64,000 nt of DNA from Chthoniobacter flavus (GTDB lineage Bacteria > Verrucomicrobiota > Verrucomicrobiia > Chthoniobacterales > JACTMZ01). Positions 1 through 9,189 of the stretch are shown here, one piece after another. The notes under the pieces were generated by a model, which was not told the origin of the DNA, made no database searches, and was given only the letters and a program-made list of their open reading frames with translations. Each line of letters begins with the position of its first letter. Position 1 is the first letter of the stretch. The DNA lies in assembly GCA_945878135.1 (NCBI GenBank), contig CAMDUL010000003.1:5972-69971 (forward strand). The letters are read 5' to 3'. The position numbers were made by a program, and so were the translations under genes.

Positions 1-87
1 GAAGGAAGCGGAAGATTTTCATCGTGAATCAAGTTAGCGGACAACCGGCGCGGAGCCCAGCCCGCGCTCGCGAGGCCGCCGCGCCGG

Positions 88-999
88 TCAACGCACCGAG
101 GCGATATCGCGCGCAATCTGCGCGCGAAGCCCGTCCGCGGAGTCAAACTTCCGCTCACCGCGCAGGAATTCGCGGAATTCCACTTCCATTTCCCGGCCGT
201 AAAGGTCGCCGTCGAAATCCAACAAGTGAACCTCGAGGACGCGGCGGTCTCCGGAGGAAAACGTCGGGCGGACCCCGAGGTTGGCGAGCCCCCGGAACAC
301 ATCGTCACCCGTCCGGACCCGCACGCTATAGACCCCGTCGGGCGGCAACTGCAGACCGGCGGCGTCGAGGTTGGCCGTGGGAAAACCCAAACCGCCCCCG
401 CGCCTGCTGCCCGGAACCACGGTGCCGAGAACGGAATACGGACGTCCCAGCGCGTTCTCCGCGAAGGTGAGATCACCGCGCGCCACGGCCAGGCGGATGG
501 CGGTGCTGGAAATGGTTTCGTGGCCTGTGGTGACGGACGGAATCCCGTCGACTTCGAAGCCGCCCATGCGGTGGAGGAGGTCCACGTCGCCACCGCGACC
601 CTTGCCGAATTTCCAGTCGGCCCCGACGACGATGCCACCGAGCGGACGGCATGAGGCGCGCAAGTCCTCCACGAACTCCTCGGCGGTCTGTCCGGCGCGG
701 GCGGCATCGAAGGGCAAGACGGCCAGGTGCGTGACGCCCTGCCGTCCGAGCAGAAATTCCTTGTGCCGCGGGCTGGAGAGTCGCAGCGGCGGCTCGCCGC
801 GCTGGAAGAACATCATGGGATGCGGTTCGAAGGTCATGACCACCGCCGTGCCGCCGGTCTTCTTGGCATCGGCCTGCGCTTCCCCGATCAGGGCCTGGTG
901 TCCGCGATGCACACCGTCGAAAACACCGATGGCCAGATAGACGGGCCCCCGCAAAGCCGAGAGCGACCCCAGATCCTGCAGGACCTCCATGCGGATCAC
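88..999 (-). CDS. ribF: Bifunctional riboflavin kinase/FAD synthetase
   Basis: GVFDGVHRGHQ, ISSTAIR, GFPTAN, GVRPTF and EVHLLDF motifs; GTG start overlaps the truB stop (alternative ATG at 990). Confidence 0.95.
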   Translation of the reverse strand: MIRMEVLQDLGSLSALRGPVYLAIGVFDGVHRGHQALIGEAQADAKKTGGTAVVMTFEPHPMMFFQRGEPPLRLSSPRHKEFLLGRQGVTHLAVLPFDAARAGQTAEEFVEDLRASCRPLGGIVVGADWKFGKGRGGDVDLLHRMGGFEVDGIPSVTTGHETISSTAIRLAVARGDLTFAENALGRPYSVLGTVVPGSRRGGGLGFPTANLDAAGLQLPPDGVYSVRVRTGDDVFRGLANLGVRPTFSSGDRRVLEVHLLDFDGDLYGREMEVEFREFLRGERKFDSADGLRAQIARDIASVR

Positions 1000-1718
1000 A
1001 CCCCGCGCAGACGTGAAACCTCCGGCAGGCTCATGACGCGCGCCATGACCTGCTCGAGCGGGAGGGTGCGCAATTCCTCGACGGTCAGGACGCCGTCCGC
1101 CCGGAATTTCCCGGAAGCGGTGCGGCGCAGCGCTTTCAAATGTCCGCCGCAGCCGAGGATTTGACCGATATCGTGCGCGTAGGTGCGCACATAGAACCCC
1201 TTGCTGCAGACCACGCGAAATTCGATCTCGGGCAGTTCGACCTTGATGATTTCGTGCCCGTAGACATGGACCAGACGCGGTTCGCGTTCGATCGTCTTGC
1301 CTTGCCGCGCCAGCTTGTAGAGCGGCACGCCGTCTTTCTTGATCGCCGAGACCATGGGCGGCGTCTGGTAAAAGTCCCCTTGGAACTGGTTGAAAGCCGC
1401 GTCGATCTCTCCGCGGGTCAAAGCGGGCACCGGTTTTTCCTCCATGATTTGTCCGTCGGCGTCCTGGCTGCCCGTCGTCTGCCCGAGCCGGATCGTCCCC
1501 ACGTATTCCTTGTCCTCGCTCATGAGGAGATCCTGGATCTTGGTGCCGCGGCCGATGGTGATGATGAGCAAACCCGTGGCCAGGGGATCGAGCGTGCCGC
1601 AGTGGCCGACTTTGCGGGTGTTGAGGACGCGGCGCGTGATGGCCACCACGTCGTGCGAGGTCATACCCGGCGCCTTGTCGATAAGCAGGACCCCGTCAAT
1701 CGTTGATGCGGACTTCAT
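996..1718 (-). CDS. truB: tRNA pseudouridine(55) synthase
   Basis: DKAPGMTSHDVV, GHCGTLDPLATG, PPMVSAIK and CSKGFYVRT motifs; start reassigned to the ATG at 1718 (MKSASTIDG). Confidence 0.95.
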   Translation of the reverse strand: MKSASTIDGVLLIDKAPGMTSHDVVAITRRVLNTRKVGHCGTLDPLATGLLIITIGRGTKIQDLLMSEDKEYVGTIRLGQTTGSQDADGQIMEEKPVPALTRGEIDAAFNQFQGDFYQTPPMVSAIKKDGVPLYKLARQGKTIEREPRLVHVYGHEIIKVELPEIEFRVVCSKGFYVRTYAHDIGQILGCGGHLKALRRTASGKFRADGVLTVEELRTLPLEQVMARVMSLPEVSRLRGV

Positions 1719-2688
1719 GGCAAATGGCTTGCAGAACTTTCTCCTCGGCGGAGGCGAGCGGTCCGGGCAGGCGCGCCCCCGCGGCCTGGGCGTGGCCCCC
1801 GCCGCCGAAGAGGCCGCAGATCTTGCAGACGTCAAAGCGGGGTTCCTTCGAACGCATGCTCACGCGGACCTTGTTCTCCGGGAGTTCCTCGAAGAAGACG
1901 GCGACCTGCACCCCTTCGACGGCGCGCAGGTGGTCGATCAGCCCTTCGTTGTCCTCGGGGAGCACGGCGAGAGATTGCGCCGTTTCCATCGACAGGCTGA
2001 AGCTGGCCACACGGTCGTCGCAATCGAAGCGGGCCGAATTGAGCAGGGCCTTGAGCAATTCCAGCCGGCGGCGCGGGTGGCTGTCATACATCTTGCGCGA
2101 CAACTCGGGGACATCGACCCCCTTCTCGACGAGATCCGCGGCCAGACGGAAGGTGTGCGGTGAGGTCTTGCCGTATTGGAACGAGCCGGTGTCGGTCGAA
2201 ATCGCCGCGTAAAGGTTGTCCGCCATGGCCGGGGTGATCTCCGCGCCCGTCTCGCGGAAGTAATCGTAAAGAATCTGCCCCGTGGCCGGCGCGCTGTCGT
2301 CGATGAGATTCAGGTCGCCGTAACGGTGGTTGCTCACGTGGTGATCGAGATTGATCCAGGTGGTGACATGACCGGTCGCCTTGAGGACGCGCCCCAGACG
2401 CTCCTTGGTCGAGGTGTCGAGGGCGAGGAAAACGTCGAAGTCGCGCTTCTCGTGCTCCGGGGGTAGCTCCACGAGGTCGCTGTCCGGAAGGTAACGGAAT
2501 TTTTCGGTCATCCCCTCCTCGTTCCACACGGTGACATCCTTGCCCAGCGCCTTGAGGTGCAGGGCCATGGCGATGGCCGAGCCGTACGCGTCCGCATCGG
2601 GACGCACATGGCTGGCCACAATGATGCGCTCCGCCGCGTCGAGCGTGTGCTTGATCTGGCCGAACGTGGCGTCGAGACCGCGGCTCAT
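1696..2688 (-). CDS. nrnA: DHH/DHHA1 phosphoesterase (NrnA-like oligoribonuclease/pAp phosphatase)
   Basis: HVRPDADAYGS, DHH, TDTGSF and GGGHAQAAG motifs; start reassigned to 2688 (MSRGLD). Confidence 0.9.
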   Translation of the reverse strand: MSRGLDATFGQIKHTLDAAERIIVASHVRPDADAYGSAIAMALHLKALGKDVTVWNEEGMTEKFRYLPDSDLVELPPEHEKRDFDVFLALDTSTKERLGRVLKATGHVTTWINLDHHVSNHRYGDLNLIDDSAPATGQILYDYFRETGAEITPAMADNLYAAISTDTGSFQYGKTSPHTFRLAADLVEKGVDVPELSRKMYDSHPRRRLELLKALLNSARFDCDDRVASFSLSMETAQSLAVLPEDNEGLIDHLRAVEGVQVAVFFEELPENKVRVSMRSKEPRFDVCKICGLFGGGGHAQAAGARLPGPLASAEEKVLQAICHEVRIND

Positions 2689-3041
2689 GTGCCCGCCTCC
2701 TCGCCGTCGGTCCCGAGTTCCTCGAGAATGTCGAGGACGCGCGAACCGCGCTCCACCGACTCGTCGAGCCTGAAATGCAAATGCGGGGTGAACTTGAGCA
2801 CGACGCGCTTGGACACCTCGGCCTGGAGGACGCGGCGGTGGTGCTCGAGGCGCTCGAGGGCCGTCCGCTGCTGCGCCGCGGTGCCCAGAACGCTGACGTG
2901 CACGGTGGCGTTGCGCAGGTCGGGCGAGACGTCGACAGCGTTGACCGTGATGAGGGCGCCGTCGGACGGCACTTCGCGCAGGATGACGGTGCTCAGTTCG
3001 CGCTTGAGGATTTCGCCGACGCGGATGAGGCGGTGTTTCAT
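2685..3041 (-). CDS. rbfA: Ribosome-binding factor A
   Basis: VSPDLRNATVHVS and LKFTPHLHFRLDES motifs; lies between infB and DHH/truB. Confidence 0.95.
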   Translation of the reverse strand: MKHRLIRVGEILKRELSTVILREVPSDGALITVNAVDVSPDLRNATVHVSVLGTAAQQRTALERLEHHRRVLQAEVSKRVVLKFTPHLHFRLDESVERGSRVLDILEELGTDGEEAGT

Positions 3042-3049
3042 GGCGTTGG

Positions 3050-3077
3050 TTGAGAGATGAAAGTTGAGGGTTGCGGG
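3050..3077 (-). repeat. Four imperfect heptamer units CCCGCAA-CCCTCAA-CTTTCAT-CTCTCAA in the infB-rbfA spacer
   Basis: Read directly from the minus strand; the array ends 8 nt upstream of the rbfA ATG. Confidence 0.65.
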
Positions 3078-3101
3078 CGGCGGGACCCCGGCAACGCCCG
3101 A

Positions 3102-5138
3102 CTACTCGAGCTTCTGCGCGACTTTTTCGAGGGTGTAGGCCTCGATGATGTCGCCGGCCTCGTATTCGTCGTAATCCCCGAGCTTGATGCCGCATTCGAA
3201 GCCGTTACGCACTTCCTTAACGTCGTCCTTGAAGCGGCGCAGGGTCGAGATGCCGCCGTCGTAGATCGGCTGCTTGCGCCGCAGGACACGGGCCCTCGCG
3301 GTGCGCAGGATGCGTCCGTCGGTCACCATGCAACCCGCCACCATGCCCTTGGTCAGGTCGAAGACCTGACGGACTTCGGCGTGGCCTATGACGTTCTCGC
3401 GCAACTCCGGCTCGAGCATTCCGGCCATCGCCTCCTTGATCTGGTCGATCAGCTCGTAAATGATCGAATAAAGTTTGATCTGCACGCCCTCGCGTTTGGC
3501 CGCGGTGGCCGCGCTGTTCTCGGTTTTGACGCCGAAACCGACGACGATGGCGTCCGAAGCGGTGGCCAGAAGGATGTCGGACTCGCTGATCGGTCCGACC
3601 GCGGCGTGGATGACCTCGAGGTCGATCTGCTTGGCTTTGATTTCGCCCAAAGCCTGCAACAGGGCTTCGAGGGACCCCTGCACGTCGGCCTTGAGCACGA
3701 CACGCAAGGCCTTGCGCTGGTCGGCGGCGAGGTTGTCGAAAAGGCTCTCCAAGGTGGCCCGTTGCGGCGCGGCCAGCTTTTCCTGCCGCTGCTCCTCCTG
3801 CCGCTCCTCGCTCAAGGTGCGCGCGGCGCGTTCGGAATCCATGACCATCAATTCGTCGCCTGCTTTGGGCAGTCCGTCGAAGCCGAGGATTTTCACCGGC
3901 ATGCCGGGGCCGGTTTCCTTGACCGGTTTGCCGAGGTCGTTGATCAGAGATTTGATTTTGCCCCACTGCAGGCCGCAAAGGAAGGCCTGGCCGACCTTGA
4001 GGGTGCCCATCTTGACGATGAGCGTCGCGGTGGGGCCGCGTCCGGGTTCCATCTCGGCCTCGATGATGGTGGCGCGGGCCGGAACTTTGGGGCTGGCCTT
4101 GAGTTCGAGCACCTCGGCTTGCAAGGCCATCATTTCCAGGAGGTGATCGATGCCGGTGCCTTTGGTGGCGGAGACGGGACAGACAATGGTCGATCCGCCC
4201 CAATCCTCGGGCGAGAGGTCGTGTTCCTGCAACTGCTGCTTCACGCGGTCGACATTGGCCGTGGGCAGGTCGGTCTTGTTGACCGCGACAATGATGGTCA
4301 CACCCGCCGCTTTGGCGTGGCTGATGGCTTCCTCGGTCTGCGGCATGATGCCGTCATCGGCCGCGACAACGAGGACCACGATGTCGGTGACGTTCGCCCC
4401 GCGGGCCCGCATGGCGGTGAAGGCCGCGTGGCCCGGAGTATCGAGAAAAGTTATTTTGTGCCCGCCATGCTCGACCGAGTAGGCGGCGATGTGCTGGGTG
4501 ATGCCGCCCGCTTCGCCCGCGGCGACGCGGGCCTTGCGGATGAAATCCATGAGGGAGGTTTTGCCATGGTCGACATGGCCCATGAAGGTGATGACCGGCG
4601 GGCGCGCTTCGAGTTCCTCGCTCGCCACTTCGACTTCCGGTTCGGACGGCGGGGCCACGACCGGTTCGGCTTTGTGCACGCCGCCGCCGGCCTGGCGTTT
4701 TTCTTTCTCGAAAACGCAACCGTGCTTCTCGCAGACCAGCGAAGCGACGGCGGGCTCGATGGTCTGGTTGAGGTTGGCGAAAATGTTCGCCTCCATCAGG
4801 TCCTTGATGACCACGAAGGGCTTGAGTCCGAGGGCCGCGGCCAGGTCCTTCACCACGATCGGCGGCTTGATGTTGATGATTTTCTTCCCGTCCTCGGTCA
4901 CCTCGGGCTCCTCGGGGGCCATCGCCGCGGGTGCGGCGGGTTCGGGGACAACCGGCGGAGCGGCGGTCACTTTTTTCGGCTTCTCGTCGATCAAGGAGAG
5001 CACTTCGACCGGCGCTTTGGGCGCGGTTTTCGGCTTGGCCTCAGCCGCCGGTTTGGCCGCAGGTTTGGCCGCCGACGCCGCCTTGGCCGCGGGTTTCTTC
5101 GCGGCGGGCTTCTTGGTGGCTGGCGCTTTGGCGGGCAT
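3102..5138 (-). CDS. infB: Translation initiation factor IF-2
   Basis: [27 protein letters not shown] and NKTD G-domain motifs; short N-terminus with PAAKK-type repeats. Confidence 0.97.
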   Translation of the reverse strand: MPAKAPATKKPAAKKPAAKAASAAKPAAKPAAEAKPKTAPKAPVEVLSLIDEKPKKVTAAPPVVPEPAAPAAMAPEEPEVTEDGKKIINIKPPIVVKDLAAALGLKPFVVIKDLMEANIFANLNQTIEPAVASLVCEKHGCVFEKEKRQAGGGVHKAEPVVAPPSEPEVEVASEELEARPPVITFMGHVDHGKTSLMDFIRKARVAAGEAGGITQHIAAYSVEHGGHKITFLDTPGHAAFTAMRARGANVTDIVVLVVAADDGIMPQTEEAISHAKAAGVTIIVAVNKTDLPTANVDRVKQQLQEHDLSPEDWGGSTIVCPVSATKGTGIDHLLEMMALQAEVLELKASPKVPARATIIEAEMEPGRGPTATLIVKMGTLKVGQAFLCGLQWGKIKSLINDLGKPVKETGPGMPVKILGFDGLPKAGDELMVMDSERAARTLSEERQEEQRQEKLAAPQRATLESLFDNLAADQRKALRVVLKADVQGSLEALLQALGEIKAKQIDLEVIHAAVGPISESDILLATASDAIVVGFGVKTENSAATAAKREGVQIKLYSIIYELIDQIKEAMAGMLEPELRENVIGHAEVRQVFDLTKGMVAGCMVTDGRILRTARARVLRRKQPIYDGGISTLRRFKDDVKEVRNGFECGIKLGDYDEYEAGDIIEAYTLEKVAQKLE

Positions 5139-5158
5139 TCGTGGCAGTTAGGGGAATA

Positions 5159-6457
5159 TTATTCGGCGGCGGCGACTTCAACCGCCGCCGCGGGTGATGA
5201 TTTCTTGGCTTCGAGGCCTTTGGCCAGTTCGACGATCTCGGCGGCCTTCGCCTCGTCGATGCCGAGCATGCCGACAAGGTCGGCTGCTTCCACCCCGCCG
5301 GCCACCAGGTCCGCCGGGCTCGGGATACCGTTCTGCACGAGTTTGGCCGCCGTCTCTTCGTCGAGACCCAACTGTGTCTTGAAGGCCTCGGTCGCGCTCG
5401 TGACTTGGTTTTCGAAGGCCTGCTCTTTGGAAGCGTCCTTCTCGATGTCCACTTCCCAGCCGGTCAGTTTCGCGGTCAGCCGCGCATTCTGGCCCTTTTT
5501 GCCGATGGCGATGGAAAGCTGGTCCTCGTCGACCGTGACCCGCACGCGTTTGTCGGCCTCGTTGATCTCGATGGACTTGATCTTGGCCGGCTTGAGCGCC
5601 TCGACCACGAATTCCTTCGGCTCGTCGCTCCACTTGATGATGTCGACTTTCTCGTTGTTGAGTTCGCGGACGATATTCTTGACCCGCGCGCCGCGCATGC
5701 CGACACAGGCGCCGACCGGGTCGACCTTGCTGTCCGCGCTGGCCACCGCCACCTTCGTGCGGACGCCGGCCTCGCGGGCGATCCCTTTGAGCTGCACGGT
5801 GCCGTCGGCAATTTCGCTGACTTCCAGCTGGAAGAGCTTGCGGACGAAATTCGGATGGCTGCGCGAGAGGATGATCTGCGGGCCGTCTTTCCCGTTCTCC
5901 ACGGCAACGACATAGGCGCGCAGGCGGTCGCCCACGCTGTAGTCCTCGGTGACCACACGTTCGCGGGAGGGCATGACGGCTTCGAATTTACCGAGGTCGA
6001 AAATGACGTCACTTTTGACGAAGCGCCGCACCGTGCCGCTGACGATATCGCCCGCCCGGTCTTTGAATTCCTCGTAAATCCGCTCCTTCTCCACGCGGCG
6101 GATGCTCGACATGATGGCGTTCCGGGCCACTCCGGCGGCAATGCGGCCGAAGGCGGCGGGCTCGACTTCCACCTCGAGGGTTTCGCCGGCTTGGATGCCC
6201 GGTTTGAGGACCTGCGCGCGGGCCAGAAGCATTTCCTCCTGGGGATTGGTCACTTTGTCGACGACGAGAACGTTGGCCACACCGCGGATTTTGCCGGTTT
6301 TCGGGCTGATCTCGACCCGTAGCTCGCGGGTGTAGCCGCCGAATCCCTTGCCTGCGGCCTTGATGATCGCTTCCTGCATGGCTTGCAGCAGGGTCTCGCG
6401 CGAAATCCCGCGTTCGCGCTCCAGATATTCCAGCATTGTCAGCAGCTCGTTACTCAT
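5159..6457 (-). CDS. nusA: Transcription termination/antitermination factor NusA
   Basis: S1 and KH domains; AREAGVRTKVAV, DPVGACVGMRG and AIGKKGQNARL motifs; start reassigned to 6457 (MSNELL). Confidence 0.96.
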   Translation of the reverse strand: MSNELLTMLEYLERERGISRETLLQAMQEAIIKAAGKGFGGYTRELRVEISPKTGKIRGVANVLVVDKVTNPQEEMLLARAQVLKPGIQAGETLEVEVEPAAFGRIAAGVARNAIMSSIRRVEKERIYEEFKDRAGDIVSGTVRRFVKSDVIFDLGKFEAVMPSRERVVTEDYSVGDRLRAYVVAVENGKDGPQIILSRSHPNFVRKLFQLEVSEIADGTVQLKGIAREAGVRTKVAVASADSKVDPVGACVGMRGARVKNIVRELNNEKVDIIKWSDEPKEFVVEALKPAKIKSIEINEADKRVRVTVDEDQLSIAIGKKGQNARLTAKLTGWEVDIEKDASKEQAFENQVTSATEAFKTQLGLDEETAAKLVQNGIPSPADLVAGGVEAADLVGMLGIDEAKAAEIVELAKGLEAKKSSPAAAVEVAAAE

Positions 6458-6477
6458 GGTGGTGGTCTCTTGTAAGG

Positions 6478-6507
6478 ATAAAAAAAAGTGGGCCGGAACC
6501 CACTTTT
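6478..6507 (-). terminator. Intrinsic terminator/attenuator-like hairpin between tRNA-Val and nusA
   Basis: Minus strand reads AAAAGTGGG-TTCCGG-CCCACTTTT, with the 3' arm running into a longer T-tract. Confidence 0.75.
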
Positions 6508-6560
6508 CGTCGGAAAAGGTTGCGAGGAACCTACTGAAGCGGTCCCGGAGTGTCAAGACA

Positions 6561-6632
6561 TGCGCGATGCAGGGTTCGAACCTGCGACATCTTGCGTGTG
6601 AAGCAAGCGCTCTACCACTGAGCTAATCGCGC
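6561..6632 (-). tRNA. tRNA-Val(CAC)
   Basis: Cloverleaf GCGCGAT-TAGCTCAGTGGTAGAGC-CTTGC-TT-CAC-AC-GCAAG...GGTTCGAACC...ATCGCGC-A; CCA not encoded. Confidence 0.95.
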
Positions 6633-6684
6633 GTAGGAAACCGATTATTTGCCACGACGACCGCGGGCCGTCAATCAACTCTGC

Positions 6685-7725
6685 CTACCGCACAAGCAGG
6701 CGGTCACCCGCCGACAACCCCTCGAGCACGGGATAAAAACCGTCCAACTCCTCCCCGACCCGCACCCGCACGCTCTCGGGTCCGCCTTCGCCCGGCGCCA
6801 CGCGCAGGACGGTCGCCCCCGCCCCCTCGAGGCGCACGCAGGCGGTGGGAATGAAAAGTTGGTCCCGGTAAAGACCGACCCGGGCGGTAATTTCCCCGGT
6901 CAGACCGCCCCGCAGGGCCAGATCGGCGTTGGGCAACTCGCCTTCGACGCGGAAGAGGCGTGTGGCCTCATCGGAGGCCCGGGCCGCATGGACAACCGGC
7001 ACGTCGAAGATCTGCCCGGGCGCGGCGGGCAGGCGCAGCCGGATCATGGTGCCGGCCGGAAACGACGCGATGTCCCGCTCGTTGACATAGAAAACGACGC
7101 GCAGCCGGCTGGTGTCGACCATGCGCGCGACCGGTTGGTTGACATTGACCGCCTCGCCCACCTGCACCAGACGCTCGACGACCGACCCGTCGAACGGCGC
7201 GCGGATCGTGTGGTCATCCAAACGGGCCCGCGTGGCATCCTCTTCGGCGTCGGCCTGCCGCGTCTCGGCGCGGATCGCTTCCACCTGCGTGCGAGAGACC
7301 ACCCTGCTGCGCCCCAAGGTCTCGGCTTCGCCCAGCAGGCGCTGCAATTCCAGCAGCTTGGCCTCGGCCCGCCGGTAGTCGCTCGCCGCGATTTCGTCGT
7401 CGAGCAGCACCAACTCGTCGCCCTTCCGCACGACCGAGCCCGGCTCGACTTTCACCGCGGAGACCCGCCCGGCAACTTCGGCCGGGATGTCGGACACCAA
7501 CCAGGGATCGACCGCCGCGGCGTAACGGCGTTCGCGTTCGACGGTGCGCGGCTCGACCGTGAGGATGAAATCATCGCGCTCTTTGAGCAGCGCCTTCTCC
7601 TCCTGCAGCCGCCGCTTCTGCTCGACCGAATCGAAATAGCGCCCGACCGAAGCCAGGATCACCGCGACAAGCAAGGCCAGGCCGGCGAACGCGAGAATGG
7701 CGCGCTTGGATCGGCGGGCGAGCAT
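6685..7725 (-). CDS. Efflux RND transporter periplasmic adaptor (membrane fusion protein)
   Basis: N-terminal TM segment, lipoyl-like AEVAGRV..V.V.PGS.V.KGD.L, coiled hairpin, IRAPFDG.V motif. Confidence 0.85.
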   Translation of the reverse strand: MLARRSKRAILAFAGLALLVAVILASVGRYFDSVEQKRRLQEEKALLKERDDFILTVEPRTVERERRYAAAVDPWLVSDIPAEVAGRVSAVKVEPGSVVRKGDELVLLDDEIAASDYRRAEAKLLELQRLLGEAETLGRSRVVSRTQVEAIRAETRQADAEEDATRARLDDHTIRAPFDGSVVERLVQVGEAVNVNQPVARMVDTSRLRVVFYVNERDIASFPAGTMIRLRLPAAPGQIFDVPVVHAARASDEATRLFRVEGELPNADLALRGGLTGEITARVGLYRDQLFIPTACVRLEGAGATVLRVAPGEGGPESVRVRVGEELDGFYPVLEGLSAGDRLLVR

Positions 7726-7763
7726 AGCGGGAGCTTACACCGCGGGAAGGCCCGCGTCACGCG

Positions 7764-8153
7764 TCAGGCATCCAGCCGCACGACGCACTCGATTTCCACC
7801 TGCATGTTGAGCAGCTGCGCCCCCACGGTGGTTCGCGCCGGATAGTCGCCCCGGAAGAATTCCTGGTAGACCGCGTTCATCTCGGCGAAATTTTTCTCGG
7901 TCAACTGGGCGAGGAAAACCCTCACGCTGACCACATCGGCAAGCCGCCCGCCCGCGCCCTCGACAACCTTGCGCAAGTTTTCCAGCACCACACGGGTTTG
8001 CTCGGCGACCGGCCCCTTGTTCATTTGACCCGTGGCCGGGTCCATGGGGGTCATCCCGGAGACGAAAAGGAATTTTCCCTCCGCGGCAACCGCGAGGGAG
8101 TAAGGACCGATGGCCGAGGGGCCATCGGGAACGGCGGTGAAACATTGACGCAT
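7764..8153 (-). CDS. ridA: RidA/YjgF/UK114 family enamine-imine deaminase
   Basis: IGPYS, SGMTP, FAEMNAVY.EFF, YPARTTV and VEIEC motifs. Confidence 0.9.
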   Translation of the reverse strand: MRQCFTAVPDGPSAIGPYSLAVAAEGKFLFVSGMTPMDPATGQMNKGPVAEQTRVVLENLRKVVEGAGGRLADVVSVRVFLAQLTEKNFAEMNAVYQEFFRGDYPARTTVGAQLLNMQVEIECVVRLDA

Positions 8154-8184
8154 GGCTGCCTTTTTATCCGGTGCCGCCGCGAAA

Positions 8185-8886
8185 TCAACGCTGGCCCGCC
8201 GCGCGGCGCAAGGACTCGATCTCGCGGGCCGAAAGCTCCCTGCACAATCCGCGCGGCAGCCGCCCGAGCCGCAGGGGTCCGAGTCGCGTGCGCGTCAGGC
8301 GTTTCACCTTGTAGCCGAGGGCGGCGAACATGCGGCGGATCTGGCGGTTGATGCCCTGAGTGAGGACAACGCGAAGTTTGTTCGCGCCCTCGATGTGCAC
8401 CTGCGAGGCCTTGGCACGGCCTTCTTCGAGATAAATGCCTTTGAGCAGCTTGGGGACGAGTTGTGTGTCGAACGCGCGATCCAGGATCACTTCGTATTCC
8501 TTTTCCACGTGCCGCGAGGGATGGGTCAGCGCCTGGGCCAGGGCGCCATCGTTGCTCAGAAGCAGCAGACCCTCGCTTTCCGCGTCGAGACGTCCGACAT
8601 GGGGCAAAGTCGACGCCTCGGGCGGCAGCAAGTCGTAGACCGTCGGCTTGCCGCCCTGCGACTGCCGCGAACTGAGACAACCGGAAGGCTTGTGCAGGAC
8701 GAGGTAACGCGAGGAGGCGGGGCGCACCACGCGTCCGCGCGCGACCACCGTGTCGCCGGGTTCCACCATTGTGGCCAGTTCGCGCACCGGCCGGCCGTTG
8801 ACCCGCACACTGCCCCCGAGAATGATTTCCTCGCAAGCCCGCCGGGATCCCAGCCCGCAAAGGGCGAGGTAACGATTCAGGCGCAT
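8185..8886 (-). CDS. RsuA/RluB-family rRNA pseudouridine synthase
   Basis: S4 domain RLNRYLA..GLGSRR; catalytic HVGRLDAESEGLLLLSNDG; GINRQIRRM. Confidence 0.9.
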   Translation of the reverse strand: MRLNRYLALCGLGSRRACEEIILGGSVRVNGRPVRELATMVEPGDTVVARGRVVRPASSRYLVLHKPSGCLSSRQSQGGKPTVYDLLPPEASTLPHVGRLDAESEGLLLLSNDGALAQALTHPSRHVEKEYEVILDRAFDTQLVPKLLKGIYLEEGRAKASQVHIEGANKLRVVLTQGINRQIRRMFAALGYKVKRLTRTRLGPLRLGRLPRGLCRELSAREIESLRRAAGQR

Positions 8887-8926
8887 GGGCCGGCTCAGGG
8901 CGCCGCGGGACGGCGCACCGCGGGGA

Positions 8927-9082
8927 TCACTCGTCCGGCTTGGTTTTCTTCAGCCCGAGGACGCTTTGGCCTTCCTTGAACTGACCGCGCTTCTTGAGCA
9001 CTTCGACGCGCTCGAAACGCTTCAAAACATTGCGCTTCGCTTTGATCGCGCCCTGACCGCGGAGACTTCTGTGCTGACTCAT
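8927..9082 (-). CDS. PVC-superphylum small basic (signature) protein, 51 aa; missed by the ORF track
   Basis: Manual translation MSQHRSLRGQGAIKAKRNVLKRFERVEVLKKRGQFKEGQSVLGLKKTKPDE; resembles the Chlamydiae/Verrucomicrobia/Planctomycetes small basic protein. Confidence 0.85.
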   Translation of the reverse strand: MSQHRSLRGQGAIKAKRNVLKRFERVEVLKKRGQFKEGQSVLGLKKTKPDE

Positions 9083-9189
9083 AGTGCGCGGTAGAATAAC
9101 GGCCCGCCGCCCCGAGGCCAGACAAAAGAGGTCGGGACTCCTTGACCCTGCCGAAGCCGGGCCCTCCCCGTCCGCCCCCGGCGGGAAAA

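Noticed and set aside
5020-5138. Histone-like PAAKK repeats at the IF-2 N-terminus
   Set aside because: Low-complexity Ala/Lys/Pro N-termini are common in IF-2 and need no special explanation.
3057-5915. Long antisense/shadow ORFs (e.g. 3057-5915+, 11023-13431+, 36429-39650-, 16935-18875-)
   Set aside because: They mirror well-supported genes on the opposite strand, have no motifs, and are expected in high-GC DNA.
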